From Eledone cirrhosa (Eukaryota), in assembly GCA_964016885.1 (NCBI GenBank), contig OZ024744.1, positions 80,042,001 through 80,106,000 of the forward strand: 64,000 nucleotides of DNA, given 5' to 3'. Positions 13,038-26,300 of the stretch are shown one piece after another. The position numbers and the translations under genes are program-made. Position 1 is the stretch's first letter. Each line of letters opens with the position of its first letter. The notes beneath the pieces were generated by a model. The model made no database searches. It worked only from the letters and a program-made list of their open reading frames with translations, and was not told the DNA's origin.

Positions 13038-13654
13038 AGCAGAGACCATTGTTGTAATGATAGAAGAGGTAGAGAGAAAATATATTTTTCTCCCTTAATG
13101 TTCTATGCATTTCTTTATAGCAAAAATCATTTGAAAAGCTTTCCTATAAAACAGGGTTCTTAAACTCAAGGGCTCAAAAGGACCAATACACCTTGAAGAG
13201 ATAGAGAAGTACAGCGGGCCATCTGTGTGATGAAAGGGGGGCATGATTTCCATCTACAGGGTGTCCCCCAAAAATGTATGCACACTTCAACTGCATTCTA
13301 ACAAATATTTGTATACATTTTGGGGGGGGACACCCTGTATTTAAAATGCTAATCTGCTATGCAGATTATAACTGGTTGAAATCACACCACTCAAACACCC
13401 CTCAACTCACTTTTTGGTCCATTGTGTCCTCTCCCCCTTTTGGGAGGTAACCACTGTGCCCTTTCCTCCCTTTTAAGGAGGTAATGGTCCTTTTGAATTG
13501 TTTAGTTTAGACCCCAGTTCTATAAAAAAATAAGCTAAAGTTTGTATGTTGATATTTTACAGCAGAGTAAATAGATTCAGCTGGGTGGCACACCCTGATC
13601 TAACAACCATATGTCATTCACTGGACCACACCATACACTGTGGTCTTCAACTAT

Positions 13655-14155
13655 TTCTACTACTACCACCACTACTACCACTTCTACTAATACTACTACC
13701 ACCACTAATAATAGTATTACTACTACCACCACCACTACTACTACTATAACAACTATTACTACTATCATAACTACCAGCACCACCGTTACTGCTTCCACTA
13801 CTGCTGTTGCTACTAATACTACTACAACCACCACTACTAGTACTACTACCACCACCACCACTACTAATAGTACTACTACTACCACCAACATTTCTAGTTA
13901 CCAATACTACTACTGTCATTACTACCACCACCACTACTAGTACCACCAACATTTCTACAGTTACCAACCAACACTACTACTGACATTACTACTACCACCA
14001 CCCTTACCATTGCCACCCCCCACTACTACTACCACCACCACTACTACTACCACCACTGCCACCCCTACTACTACTACCACCACCACCACCCCCTACGATT
14101 GCCACCAACACTACCACCACCACCACCATCATCACTACTACTACTATACTACTGC
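13655..14155. repeat. (ACT/ACC)n cryptic trinucleotide repeat, followed by a (TG)n/(TA)n tract to ~14545
   Basis: Read directly. Confidence 0.9.
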
Positions 14156-14434
14156 TGCTGTTAGCATCCACTGATAACTCAGCACTTGTTCATACTTGTT
14201 CATACCAACACAGTTATCTACCTTGGATATGTCAGCTGATGTCTTTTTCCTCCACTCACTATTCTTTTGTACTGTGTGTGTAAGTGTGTGTGTGTGTGTG
14301 TGTATAAGTGTGTGTGTGTGTGTGTGTGTAAGTGTGCGTGTGTGTGTGCATGCATGTACTTGTGTATGCGTGTGCAGTTGTATGCGTGTGAGGTTGTATG
14401 CGTGTGCGGTTGTATGTGTGTATACATGTTTGTA

Positions 14435-14483
<49 letters not shown>

Positions 14484-15409
14484 ATGTGTATGTTTGTATG
14501 TATGGGTGTGTGTGTGTGTATGTATATATATATATATATATATTTTAAAGTGCTTATATTTATCTAAAATACTACCATCATTTTATGTAAGGGCCTATGT
14601 TAAGTTATATTCCAAACACGAGACTAATAATTGTTTCTACTTTTGGCACATGACCAGCAAATTGAAGGGAAGTTGAAAGTCAATAAGATGGACCCAAGTG
14701 CATTACTGGTAGTGTATTTTATCACCCCCCCCCCCCCCCACCCCCATAAGGATGAAAAAAAAGGCAAAGTTAACCTCAGTGATATTTAAACCCAGAACAT
14801 AAAGGGCCATAACTACATGCCACAAACCATGTTGTCTGGCACTCTACCGGTACTGACAATCATGTACTGTACCAGCACTGCCTTATACATGATTATTAAC
14901 CCTTTAATGTTCAAACCCGCCAAAACCGGCCAAAATTCACTACATTTTTCTGTTGAAACTGGCTGTAACTGGTCACTCATACTGATGTTAAGGTATTGTT
15001 CTCAAAATAAATACTTTCAAAATCTCATAAATTCGATATTATGTGAGATAATTGTGTGAGGTAAAGTGTTTAACGTGAAAATATAATAGTTTATATAGAG
15101 TAAGGTGAATACTAGAGGGTTAATGGTTTCTGATTTAGGCACAAGGTCAGCAATTTGGGGGGGAGGTGAAAGTCAATTAAATCGACCGCAGTGCATGAAC
15201 GGTACTTTATTTTATTGACCCCCGGAAAGATGAAAAGTAAATCTAACATCGGTGGGATTTGAACTCAGAACATAAAAGGCTGCAACACAGGTTAAGTTAT
15301 ACTAATAATGATCTAAGAATTAAACATTATATACATGTACACTTACTTATGCATACATAGGAATCACAATGTTCGTCACAAGTATGAAAATACACTCTTT
15401 ATAGGAGCA

Positions 15410-16270
15410 ATGTATCCGAACACGGAAGAGCCGAACTCCCACCGTCATTGCCTCCCACCTCTCTTGCCCTCCCCATCTCTCTGTATAGTGAGAAAATGGG
15501 GTCCCACGTGCTGCCCGCCCCACAGTCCCGGCGGACAGAATGGAGAAGGCATTTCTCCGGAGGATGGTAAGGGAGATGCACTGGAAGAGCCATTCCATCT
15601 CCGGAGGCTCACACCTGCGGCTGGCCAGTGGGCGCCTATGGTGGTGAGTAGGGAGGTAGCCTTCGGACCAAGAGCACCAGAAGTCTCCACTGCCAAGGGC
15701 ATGACCGCAAACCTGTTGGAGAGCGACCACTCCTTGGAGAGTCTGGCCTCCTCAGCCGAAGTGCAGTAGAGCCTGTGTTAGTCGCAGACTGTTGCAGTTG
15801 GAGAAAGTGTAGCTGCAAGTGGCATCCCTGACGAGGGGTTTGCCACCACGGAACGGGAAGATGGTCATAGCCTTTTGCTGTACCCTCGGTCCAGCCTCAC
15901 TGGCTCGAGCTGGGAGGGGAAGCCTGCAGCATCCAAGCCATGCTTTCTGACCTCGTTGAGGGCAGCATGGCATGGAAAGCAGGTGAAGGCTGAAAGAGTC
16001 CACGGTGGATCCGCAGCAATATTTGTGTGACTCGTAGATCTGGAGGCCAAGCCTCAGGGAAACGCCGATGTGCAGGCTATCGTTGTTCAGCTGCATACCA
16101 GCGGAGAAGGAGGGTAAGGCATGGGCCAGGCACCACTGTAGGGTTTGGAGGCCGCGCGAAAACAGGCAAGGCAGTGCTGGTGAAGCTGGGGGAGAAGTAT
16201 GAGGAACGTCTAGTAGGCAAAGTCCCAGCTGGTCCTACGTCTTGCAGGCGGCCTCACGTTCCTCAATCAA
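15410..16270 (-). mobile_element. Decayed CRE-like (restriction-like endonuclease) non-LTR retrotransposon 3' fragment
   Basis: Frameshifted SLRLGL..CCG..HAALNE..AGFPSQLEPVRLDRG..KR..MTIFPFRGGKPLVRDATC. Related fragments lie at ~22225-22390 (+) and ~32215-32370 (-). Confidence 0.7.
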
Positions 16271-16479
16271 GAGGCTGCAACTATGCCATGAAGTAGTGTG
16301 TCTGACGCTCTACCAATACTACACATGATTAATAATGAAAAGGCTAATTGTTTTAATAAATTTACATCAAATTGATAATTTTCAAAATGATTAGAAAACC
16401 ATTAGGCTGTGTTTCAAGTCAATTTTGATCTGAAGGAACAGTGGTAAAGATCTTGAAATGAGTCCAAATTTGTCAACGA

Positions 16480-16790
16480 AGACCTTATCCAGGACCCCAC
16501 ATCTAACGCAGCCTGCTATGATGTTGAAAGAAATGGGTGTCCCTTAATCAGATCTGCATAACACATGCCAGGACAGCCCAGCATCTCCATCAATGGAAAA
16601 AGAAAGTCAGCCCAGCATGTGACTATAAGGACCCTGACAGGACAGGACTGCATGTTGTTTGGGATTGCCCCTGCAGCCATTTTCCTGGTGGACTGGAGGT
16701 AATCCATAATGCTGCAAATGATGCCTTGGTCTGGCTTGCCAGTCGCGACCTGCCTCTCTAACTATTGTGCATATGTCATACAATAAGAAG
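16480..16790 (+). mobile_element. LINE C-terminal fragment (Ingi/Vingi-like)
   Basis: WVSLNQI..H.RTAQHLHQWK..SPAC...HVVWDCP...FPGGLEVIH.A...ALVWL followed by a stop. Confidence 0.55.
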
Positions 16791-16989
16791 ATGCGTGTTT
16801 CACTAGAAATATGGTAAAGAAAGAGTTAACCCAGGATCAAGATGCATTTTCGTTAGAAATATGTTAACGAAAAAGTTGTCTTTTCATGAAACTTGTATAA
16901 ATAGTAGAAATCAGAACATTGATTTTTCACAAAAAAAAAAAATATATATATATATAATAAATATATAATAAATAAATAAATATATCATA

Positions 16990-18420
16990 TAATATAATAA
17001 TGAAAATTATTGTGCACAGGACTCAGGTGCACTACAACTCATAAAAGGTGCATGTATAGTACAAAGAATAATGTGCAAATGTCAGGAAAGTGAACAGTAT
17101 ATGAGTTATGATATACAGATACATGCGTGTGTGAGTGTATGAAGGCGGAATATCAGGTGTAACGTTGGCGAATTTCGGGAAGCATGGAAGTTTTGAAGGA
17201 TGCAGTGTCCCAACAGCTAACAACTGATGCAGGTAGTTTGTTCCATGCTTCAGCAACTCAAAGCATGAAAAAATGTTTCCAAAAGTCATGGAAGCTGTGC
17301 TCTTTTCTGACCTTGTAGGCATGTCTACAGGTGTTAGACATGGAATTCAAAAAGGTGCTCAGCAGTGTTGATGGAAAGATGGTTAATGATTTTGTGGGTG
17401 TTTACCAAGTTAGTTGCTAGATTTTGCAGCTTTAACATAACCATGCCTATGCTTGGTTGCATGTCTCTAAACATTTTCCAGGAGGCCGCACCATAGCTAC
17501 ATACAGCTTTAAACATAACTGGAAAATGACTGACAAAGGCCTTGCTGAGTAATGCCAAGACACCCTTGGCCTTCTTGACAATTTTAGAGGCTTTGTTCAA
17601 CGCAAATCGCTGCTGACAGTAATGCCCAGGTCACGTTCACAAGAAGACTTTTTGATATTAGTGTTGTGGAAGGAGTATGTGGATACTGGGTTTTTCCTCC
17701 CAAAATGCATGGTGGTACACTTGATCCACAGCCAGCTTGAGTTGCCAGTCCATGATCCATTGTTGCATTGTGTCCAGGTCTGATTGCAGGAAAGATCTAT
17801 AGTGTTCAGTATCTGGTCTTTTTATCTCAAGGAACAGCTTGATGTCATCAGCATATTTCAGCACTGTGGCATTCTTTAAGTTGGCATCTATGTCATTAAT
17901 ATATGCATCAAATAAAAGGCAACCAAGAACAGATCCTATGGTACACCAGATAACATCTCAGAGTGAAGAATGCTGTCCTAGAACCGTGACTATCTCTCTT
18001 CGACTGAGAATAAAGGACTTCAACCAGTTAAGAAGATCATCCTTCACACCCATTGCAGAGAGTTTTGCCATAAGTCTTGTGTGTGGCACAGAATTAAAAG
18101 CTTTAGCAAAGTCAAGGTAAACAACACGAGCCACTATCAGTGATCTGGGTAATGTCTTCAAGAAACTTGATGAGTTGATCACAGCAGCTGGAGTTAGGGA
18201 TAAATCCAAATTGTCAGGACCAGATAAGGCTGTGAAAGTTCCAGAAGTTCCAGAGTGTTTCTCTGACACAGGATTCCATCAGTTTGGCAATGCAGTTAGT
18301 AAGACTGACTGGATGATAGTTGACAGGCAACGTGTGATCACCTTTTTTGAACAGGGGAATGACACTGGCAGTTTTCCACTGCTCAGGAGTAACACCATTG
18401 TTAAGATAGAATTGAAAGAA
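16990..18420 (-). mobile_element. 5'-truncated copy of the same CR1-like LINE
   Basis: ORF fragments YLDFAKAFNSVPH and LKYADDIKL. About 59 nt are identical to 25207-25265, and the 3' tail is the same. Confidence 0.92.
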
Positions 18421-18554
18421 ATATATATATAATAAATAAATAAATAAATATATATAATAAATAAATATATAAAATAAATAAATATATAAAATAAATAAAT
18501 ATATAAAATAAATAAATATATAAAATAAATAATATACAAATAAAAAAGACTTAC

Positions 18555-21108
18555 CAGTGTCTACGCTGGTTGTTGAAATGAGAGATGTGGGTCTGTTCTT
18601 CTCCCTGTGGCCAGCCTGAAGATCTGCTGCCAATTGATCACTGGTATGGAGATGTTCCAAGTCAAGACTATTTTCCATAGAAGAACATTTATAGCGACCG
18701 AAGTCAGATATTCTACTGTCTATCATGATGCCAGAATCGGTCATGATTGGCGGAGTTCTTTCGGAGATTGTTATGTCACTGAACTGCGAATCAAAAGAGG
18801 ATTTCATGTCGAGCGAACTATGAACACTGTGGTGGATGTTAAGGCCCTGGTGATCCACCGCCTTCTCTATGCTAATTAGAAGCTTATTATTTTTCTTATT
18901 ATCCTTATGATCCGTTATAATAATTTCATCATCTTCACTGCTACCTTTCTCGCTCTCCGTACCTCTTTCAACAATATTGCTGGCAAGTTCTTCCTCAAGC
19001 TGCTTAATGAGCAATGCTTCTGACTCTGCCATTTTATTCTCAGTTAAAGCCAATTTAGAGTTGAGGGGAGATCCACTTTCTAATTTAGAAGCTAATTGTT
19101 TCTCATCTGTACTTGTTGCTAACGAACTAGATTCTGATGTCTTTTCAGAATCTATACGGAAACTGATCTCATCATCTGTATTTTCCAGTTCCCAGATAAC
19201 TCCTGCAGGGTCAAGTTCCCTTTCAGCCTGGTAGAGGGATGATGTCAAGGAATTCGGTTTTTTTGATGCCGACCTGACATTGCCGCCATTTTCAGCATCG
19301 AATGTAAAATTGAAATAAGTTCTACGGTCAGATTCCAGGTATTCCTTAACACAAGCACTGATTCCAGTATCTGTTTGGACTGAGCCATTCTCCTTGTCCT
19401 CCTCGCTTATAATGGAACGGTCTTCCGGGAGACATGATAAGGTGTGATCACCGGATTTTGAAGAATGATGTTGCTGCTGCAATGGTGGTGATGGATAGAG
19501 TTGTTGTTGCTGGAGTGGCGGTGGTGGTGGAGCATATAGCTGTTGATGAGGCGGCAGTGGAGGATACTGCTGTTGATGGGCTAGCGGTGGGAGGTACTGC
19601 TGTTGCTGTGGTTGGTATTGCTGATGGGATGGTTGTGGTGGATATTGTTGTTGGTGCGGTGGTGGATACTGTTGTTGTTGTTGTTGTGGTGATCGTGGCA
19701 GTGGTGGAACGTACTGCTGTTGTGGTGCTGAGTACTGTTGTTGGGGTGGTGGTGGTGGATATTGCTGTTGAGATGGTGGTGGGTACTGTTGCTGCTGTGG
19801 TGGATACTGTTGTTGTGGGTATTGTTGACCAGATTGATGTGGTTGAGATGAGTATTGCTGCTGCTGCTGCTGCTGCTGCTGGGGTGGCAGGTAGTGATGG
19901 CCAGGGTACTGATGGCCTGATTGCTCGTGTAAGAACAGTTGCTGAGGGGGCAGGGCCCCTGTATCGTATTGCTGCTGAGATGAATAGTGCAGACTCTGAT
20001 GATGCTGAGAAGGTGGTGCTGCTGTTGTTGGTGGTGAGGTGAACTGCTGCTGCTGTTGCTGCTGTTGTAGTGGGTACTGCTGTGGAACTGAGGTACGCGG
20101 ATACTGCTGGGGTTTGAACTGCTGACCAGAGTATTGCTGCTGCTGAGATTGAGGTTGATACTGCAGCCTTGAATAAGAAGGATGCTGTTGCTCTGGATAA
20201 GATGAAGTCGTGCTGTTCTGTATCTGCTGAGTGGAACCAGTTGACCTGGTTGAGTGCGAGGGTGTAGAATAAGTAGATGTATACAGAGAAGAAGTTTCAC
20301 ACTGCTTCGGGTGAGTGTTCAATGGCTGTGACTGAGGAGGTGATCTAGATTGGTTCTGAACGTGTTGCGACTGAGTGTAAGGATTTTGCGAAATCTGCGA
20401 TTTCATAAACTGCTGCCAAGGCGCATGAAGGTCAGAGTTGTTTTGGCCTTTGTTAGCAAGCGAAGGGTGACTTTCCAGAAGGTTAACTTGGTTTTCAAGA
20501 GAATGTATATCTGGCAAGGTTTGGTCTAGAACTTGGGATGTTTTAGATTTCCTCCAGAAATTAACATTCGACACTTCGTTCCGTCGCTTCACTGGATAAT
20601 CGTCTTCAGAGTTTTCTGCGCTTGTAACACACTGTTCCTTCTGCAGCTCGCTATTTCTGTCATCACATACGCTTGATTCTTTCACTTTTGCCCATGTTGT
20701 GAGTGGCTTACTTGGAATCACTCGCTCAACTTTCTCAATTGGAGCAAAAATACCGTGGAACTTTTTACAAGTGAAATACCTGACGTCTTCAATTTTACCA
20801 TTATGGGATCCTTCGGGTAGCTCTAGTTCAATACCGCACCACAAGCCATCCGATACATGCAGTTTACCAAAATACAGAAGGATTCCATGTTTCTGTCCAC
20901 TGATGCATACTCGATCACCAATATTAAACTGTTTTGAGGTATTTGGCTTTTCATCAACAGCAGAATTTGTTTTATAGGAATTGGTTTCCTGGTCGTCAAC
21001 AGCAGAACTGGTTTTCGATTGTGCTGTTTTAGAAAATACCTTTGGAGCCGGAATAAAGGACTGCTTTATTTTACGTGCAGCATCCAGTTTTTCAGGTAGT
21101 TGGAAATC
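18555..21108 (-). CDS. Large internal coding exon (2554 nt, phase 0 to phase 1) of a CAP-Gly domain protein, CLIP-170/restin-like candidate
   Basis: Acceptor ttttctttccag|GAT at 21108 and donor ACTG|gtaagt at 18555. The frame is open throughout: DFQLPEKLDAARKIKQSFIPAPK...FNIGDRVCISGQKHGILLYFGKLHVSDGLWCGIELELPEGSHNGKIEDVRYFTCKKFHGIFAPIEKV (CAP-Gly)...Q/P-rich...RPTSLISTTSVDT. No in-frame Met precedes the CAP-Gly, so an upstream exon is needed; I did not find it. Orthology is not established. Confidence 0.88.
20728..20928 (-). other. CAP-Gly domain coding segment
   Basis: Matches the CAP-Gly pattern F.IGDRV...G.L.Y.G.......W.G.EL....G..NG.....RYF.C....G.F. Confidence 0.9.
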
Positions 21109-22744
21109 CTGGAAAGAAAAAAGAAAAAAAAAGATATAAAATGAATCAATACTTTATATCAATACTTTTATATATATATATACACACACACACACACATA
21201 CAAATATATATATATATATAATGGAAATATTCTGATACAAGAATAAATGAATAAATCAACAAATAAGAACATTTTCAGAACAATATAATAATAATGAAAA
21301 TTATTGTGTTCAGTGCTCAGGTGCACTACAACTCATCAAAGGTTCATGTATAGTACATAAATAATGTGTTAGAATATCTGCACAGCTGTGTGGAGATATG
21401 CTAGATTAAATATCCAATATATAGATATAGTAATCAATGGTGATTGATGTTGTGAAGACACAATAAATTAATCCTTTTGATAACAAACCACCTGAAACTG
21501 ATCCTGGTTCTACAATACAATTTTTTTTTTCTTTTAATGTGTCGACATTTTATATAAAATCCTATCATAATTTTATAGAACCTTTATTTAGTTTTGGGAA
21601 AATAACAATGAAAAAAAGTCAGTTATATTACAAAATTCCTCCAAATTCTTCATTATTTTCAAAATATGGTTATGTTCAACACACACACACACTTGGGTCT
21701 CGAATAATCGTCCCCCACCGCTGCTTATTATTTTTTTAGGTTTTTTTTTGCAACCTCCCCACTCTTATTCCACCCCACCTTATTAAAATTTTGCTAATCT
21801 ATTTCCAGTGAACTGTTATTTTAATTTGCTTTATACATAAAAAAAACATTATACATGACAAAAAAAGTACATAACTAGAAATTCCACATGCTATAAAATG
21901 AATACACTGGTTTGTGGCCTCAATATGTAAACTAAATGACTAATTCTGTTGTTTTTTTTAAATCAACAGACACAACCTAGAAGAATTACCAATTTTCCAA
22001 CCCCTAAGAACTTATGCTATAAACATCAGTTGGTTGTATTTCTAAAATCTCTCCAAATTCTTGATTATTTCCAAAATTATTTCAAAAACATAGGCAGTGT
22101 CTTATATTAGAATATGGCTCAAAACTGCCTCTAGTTCCATGAAACAAGACAATCCATATCAAAGTGTCCTTATCTAGATTAACATTTTTCATCATAATTT
22201 GATATAAGTTTTTAGGTTATGTTACAAATGGAATGGTTCTTCCAGCATGTCTCCCTCACCATCCTCAAGGAAACACCTTGACAATTCTGTCCATCGGGGC
22301 CACCTACATGTGGACCCCCATTTGCTCACAATAATCAGAGATGGGAAAAGCATGAGGTGCAGAGTCAATGACAGTGGGAATTTGGTTCTTAAGTTCAGAC
22401 CTGGTTTATTGCTGATACTCATTTTCAACTAGCACAATAACAGCCACCACCACCACCACCACCACAAGCATCATCATCACTAAGTAAATTTTAGCCAAAT
22501 AGTTATCTTCATTTTTAAAATGAAATAATTTCAGTAAATCCCTCCAAATTCTTCAGTAAGGCATTTATAGTCCTTTCCTCTAATTTCCCATACAGCCAGA
22601 TCTGCCATTCTTTACTTCTTCCCCATTTTTTTTTCATTGCTTAATTTTATCTTCCTTTTTCATATTTCCATAATTGTATAACTTCTTTTTTATTTGTAAT
22701 ATTACTTATTTAACTGTGAATAATAAAACTCCTTTTTTTTTTGT

Positions 22745-23120
22745 ACATTATTCTATGTACTATACATGCACCTTTGATGAGTTGTAGTGCACCTGATCAC
22801 TGTACACAATAATTTTCATTATTATTATTAATATGTATTTAAATATAGTGCATCTCAGAGTTGCTGAAGCATGAAAACTACCTGCATGAGTTGTTAGCTA
22901 TCGGGACACTGCATCCTTCAAAACTTCCATGCTTCCCGAAATTTGCCAACTCTACACCTGATATTCCTCCTCCATACACACGCATGCATATATCTGTCTG
23001 TATATCATGACACATACACTGTTCACTTTATTGGCATTTGTATATTATTCTATGTACTAAACATGCACCTTTGATGAGTTGTAGTGCACCTGAGCACTGT
23101 ACACAATTTTCATTACTATT
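22745..23120 (+). mobile_element. Two 3'-end fragments of the CR1-like LINE
   Basis: tttgatgagttgtagtgcacctga.cactgtacacaat tail occurs twice. Similar tails lie at ~6150-6200 (-), ~21290-21365 (-) and 29085-29285. Confidence 0.8.
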
Positions 23121-23389
23121 TCATGATAACGAAAGGATTAAACTATTTAGATAGAATTGGTAATTATTTAACAGCAAGATGGAATTTTGTAGGAGAAGGA
23201 AAGAGTATAAGGCAAGCAACTGAATCAACTCTTATATAATATATTACTGGGGTAATTTTATCAATTTCAGAAAGAATCAATGAAGAACCTACTTCAACAA
23301 AATTTGAACTCAAACAAAGTCTCATCAAAGTATATACTATAAGGCAATAAATACATTCAGGCATTTGCCGCCAGCTCAGCCAAAGAGCT

Positions 23390-26300
23390 AGGCTGTGTTC
23401 CCCCAAAGGGTGTTCTCCGCCTTGGTCGACCTGGTCCAAAACACAGACACATTAGACTGTCTTTTTTGGACCCCGCTGAGGCAATTTCATATCATCTGGC
23501 CTCTGTTAAAGCTGAGCATGAAAATCAGATTAGCTTCCGAACACGCCCAGGCCTACCACCCCATGTACATCCAAAGCTACGTGCTGCAGCTTCCTTGAAT
23601 CGGAACTCAGCACAACATGAAAGTTTTAGTCTGCGTGATGATGGGCAGATCTGGAGGCTTGTTAAGGCTGGTGAAACGTGGAAGAGCACACTCAGACCAG
23701 CTGGTCTGAGTGTGCTCTACCCACAATAACTGGCAATGAAAAAACTGCAACAACTCTGGGAAACTAAACCAGAACAACCTGCCATCCTCTACACACCATC
23801 ATAAACTGCAAGCAGGGTACAAATTGTTGTCCTTAAATGCTTGCAGTTTATGCAATAAGATACATTTGTTTAACTCCTATGTCAGAAGCATCGACCCTGA
23901 CTTCATCACAGTCACAGAAACTTGGGCACATTCCTTGTGGGGTTTTCAGCATTACTGAGTACAACCCGTTCCGCAAGGACCGCATTAATCACCGTGGTGG
24001 TGGTGTGATGGTCTACGTTCGTTCAAACTTTTCGGTAATTCCTTGCGTTGATTTGAACGAATCACAAGAAGTTTTTTTCTGTGACATACGTATGACCATG
24101 TCAACATTTCTGCTTGGTGTTGTTTATCGCCCCCAAACTACCATCAGGACACACAGCTCTGCGATATCCTCAGAGCTGCTGCCAGGAAAACAGCCACTTC
24201 TGTGTTTATTGCAGGTGACTTCAATCATCCTGAGATCGATTGGGAAACCTTTCGTTGGCCACAAAGTGCAAACAATTTCCTTGAGCTGGTGCTGGACTCA
24301 AACTGGTCACAAGTAGTCACCTCTCCAACAAGACGTGACAACACTTTGGACCTGCTCTTCACCACTACTCCTGAAGTGATTATCAGTTGTACTACTGAGG
24401 AACCTCTAGGCGACTCTGATCATGCTATGATCATTGCCAATCTGACTCTTGCGGGCAGCAACAAAAACCAGAACCATCTCCAATCTGCTTGCTTTGATTG
24501 GAAGAAAGCAGATTGGAACTTGTACTGCACTGAGCTACAGCGCCCAAACTGGCAGGAGTTCTATAACTCTGGAGATGTGAACACTATACTCCAGAGCATC
24601 CTGGACTCAATATGGATAGCATGTGCAGCATCGGTGCCATGTAAGCAGAAAAAAAAACCACCCCAAAAGTGCAATTTGGGAAACTTCAGTGGTCCGACTT
24701 GCCAGGAAAGAATGTTGGAACGCTGAATGGAAATATAAACTGCATAAATCAGATGCCAACAGAAAAAAAGCGGAATAAATCTTCCAACCATCTCAAGCGA
24801 GTGACAAAAAAGGCAGTACTTGAATTTGAACAGTGCATAGCAACCAATCCTGACAGTAAGGTGTTCTGGAAATATGTTCATTCAAAGCAGAGACCTCACT
24901 CTCCAGTTGGTCCTCTTCACGATCCCCACACAAGCCAGATCACTGACGATCCCAAAGAATGCACAGAACTCATTGCTGAGTGCTATGCAAGCATTTTTAC
25001 TGTTGAAAACCAGAATGTACCATCTCCACCATCTCTAACATCAAATTCGATAACAACTATGGAATTTACACCTGCAATGTTGCGATGTCACCTTAAGAAT
25101 AAGCGCAACTATGCCTCCCAGGTCTTGATGGTGTTACATACCTGCTTCTCAAACGTGGCAGGTACTTCTTTTGTACCCGCTTTCTTTCTTCTTTCAATAC
25201 TGTCTCAACAATGGTGTTACTCCTGAGCAGTGGAAAACTGCCAGTGTCATTCCCCTGTTCAAAAAGGGCGACCGCACGTCACCTGCCAACTATCGTCCAG
25301 TCAGTCTTACTAGCTCTATTGCCAAACTGATGGAATTCTGTGTCAGAGAGACACTCTGGAACTTCTGGAGATCTCACAGCCTCATCCGGCCCTCGCAATT
25401 TGGATTTATCCCTAACTCCAGCTGCTGTGATCAGCTTATCGAGTTCCTTGAAGACATTACTCGGATCACTGTCAGCGGCTCATGGGTGGATGTTGTTTAC
25501 CTTCACTTCGCTAAGGCTTTTAATTCTGTGCCACACAAAAGACTTATGGCAAAACTCTCTGCAATGGGTGTCAGGGATGATCTTTTTAACTGGTTGAAAT
25601 CCTTCATTCTCAGCCGAAAAGAGGTAGTCACAGTTCTAGGACAGCATTCTTCACCATATGAGATGTCATCTGGTGTACCACAGGGATCTGTTCTTGGTCC
25701 CCTTTTGTTTGTGGCATATATTAATGACATAGATGCCAACTTAAAGAATGCCACGGTACTGAAATATGCAGAAGACATCAAGCTGTACCTTGAAATCAAA
25801 AGGACTGATCCTGAAATCTACAACTCTTTCCTACAATCAGACCTGGACACAATGCAGCAATGGATCACAGACTAGCAACTGAAGCTGGCTGTGGACAAGT
25901 GTACCACCATGCATTTTGGGAGGAAAAATCCAGCGTCCACATACTCCCTCCACAACACTGATATCAAGAAGTCCTCTTGTGAACGTGACCTGGGCATTAC
26001 TGTCAGCAGCGATTTGCGTTGGACAAAGCACATCTCTAAGATTGTCAAGAAAGCCGAGGGTGTCTTGGCATCACTCAGCAAGACCTTTTGACCTCCTGGA
26101 AACTGTTCAGAGACGTGCAACCAAGCGCATACCCTTCATCAGACACCTACCATACTCTGAACGCCTTGCTTCCCTGGGCATGGATTCATTGAAGCTCCGT
26201 CGTCTGGCAATGGACTTGGTAAACACCCACAAAGTTATTTAACCATCTTGCCAACAACAACCCTGAGCACCTTTTTGATTTCCATGTGTCTAACACACGT

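Noticed and set aside
9072-13110. Periodic SRPSDLASLKTFRSCQSQDLQILPV proteins
   Set aside because: The 25-bp unit is not a multiple of 3, all three frames give the same peptide, and variants add stops and indels.
18214-20844. The 876-aa ORF as a complete single-exon gene
   Set aside because: It starts at a TTG inside the CAP-Gly domain and runs past a strong donor into intron and LINE sequence; the real unit is exon 21108-18555.
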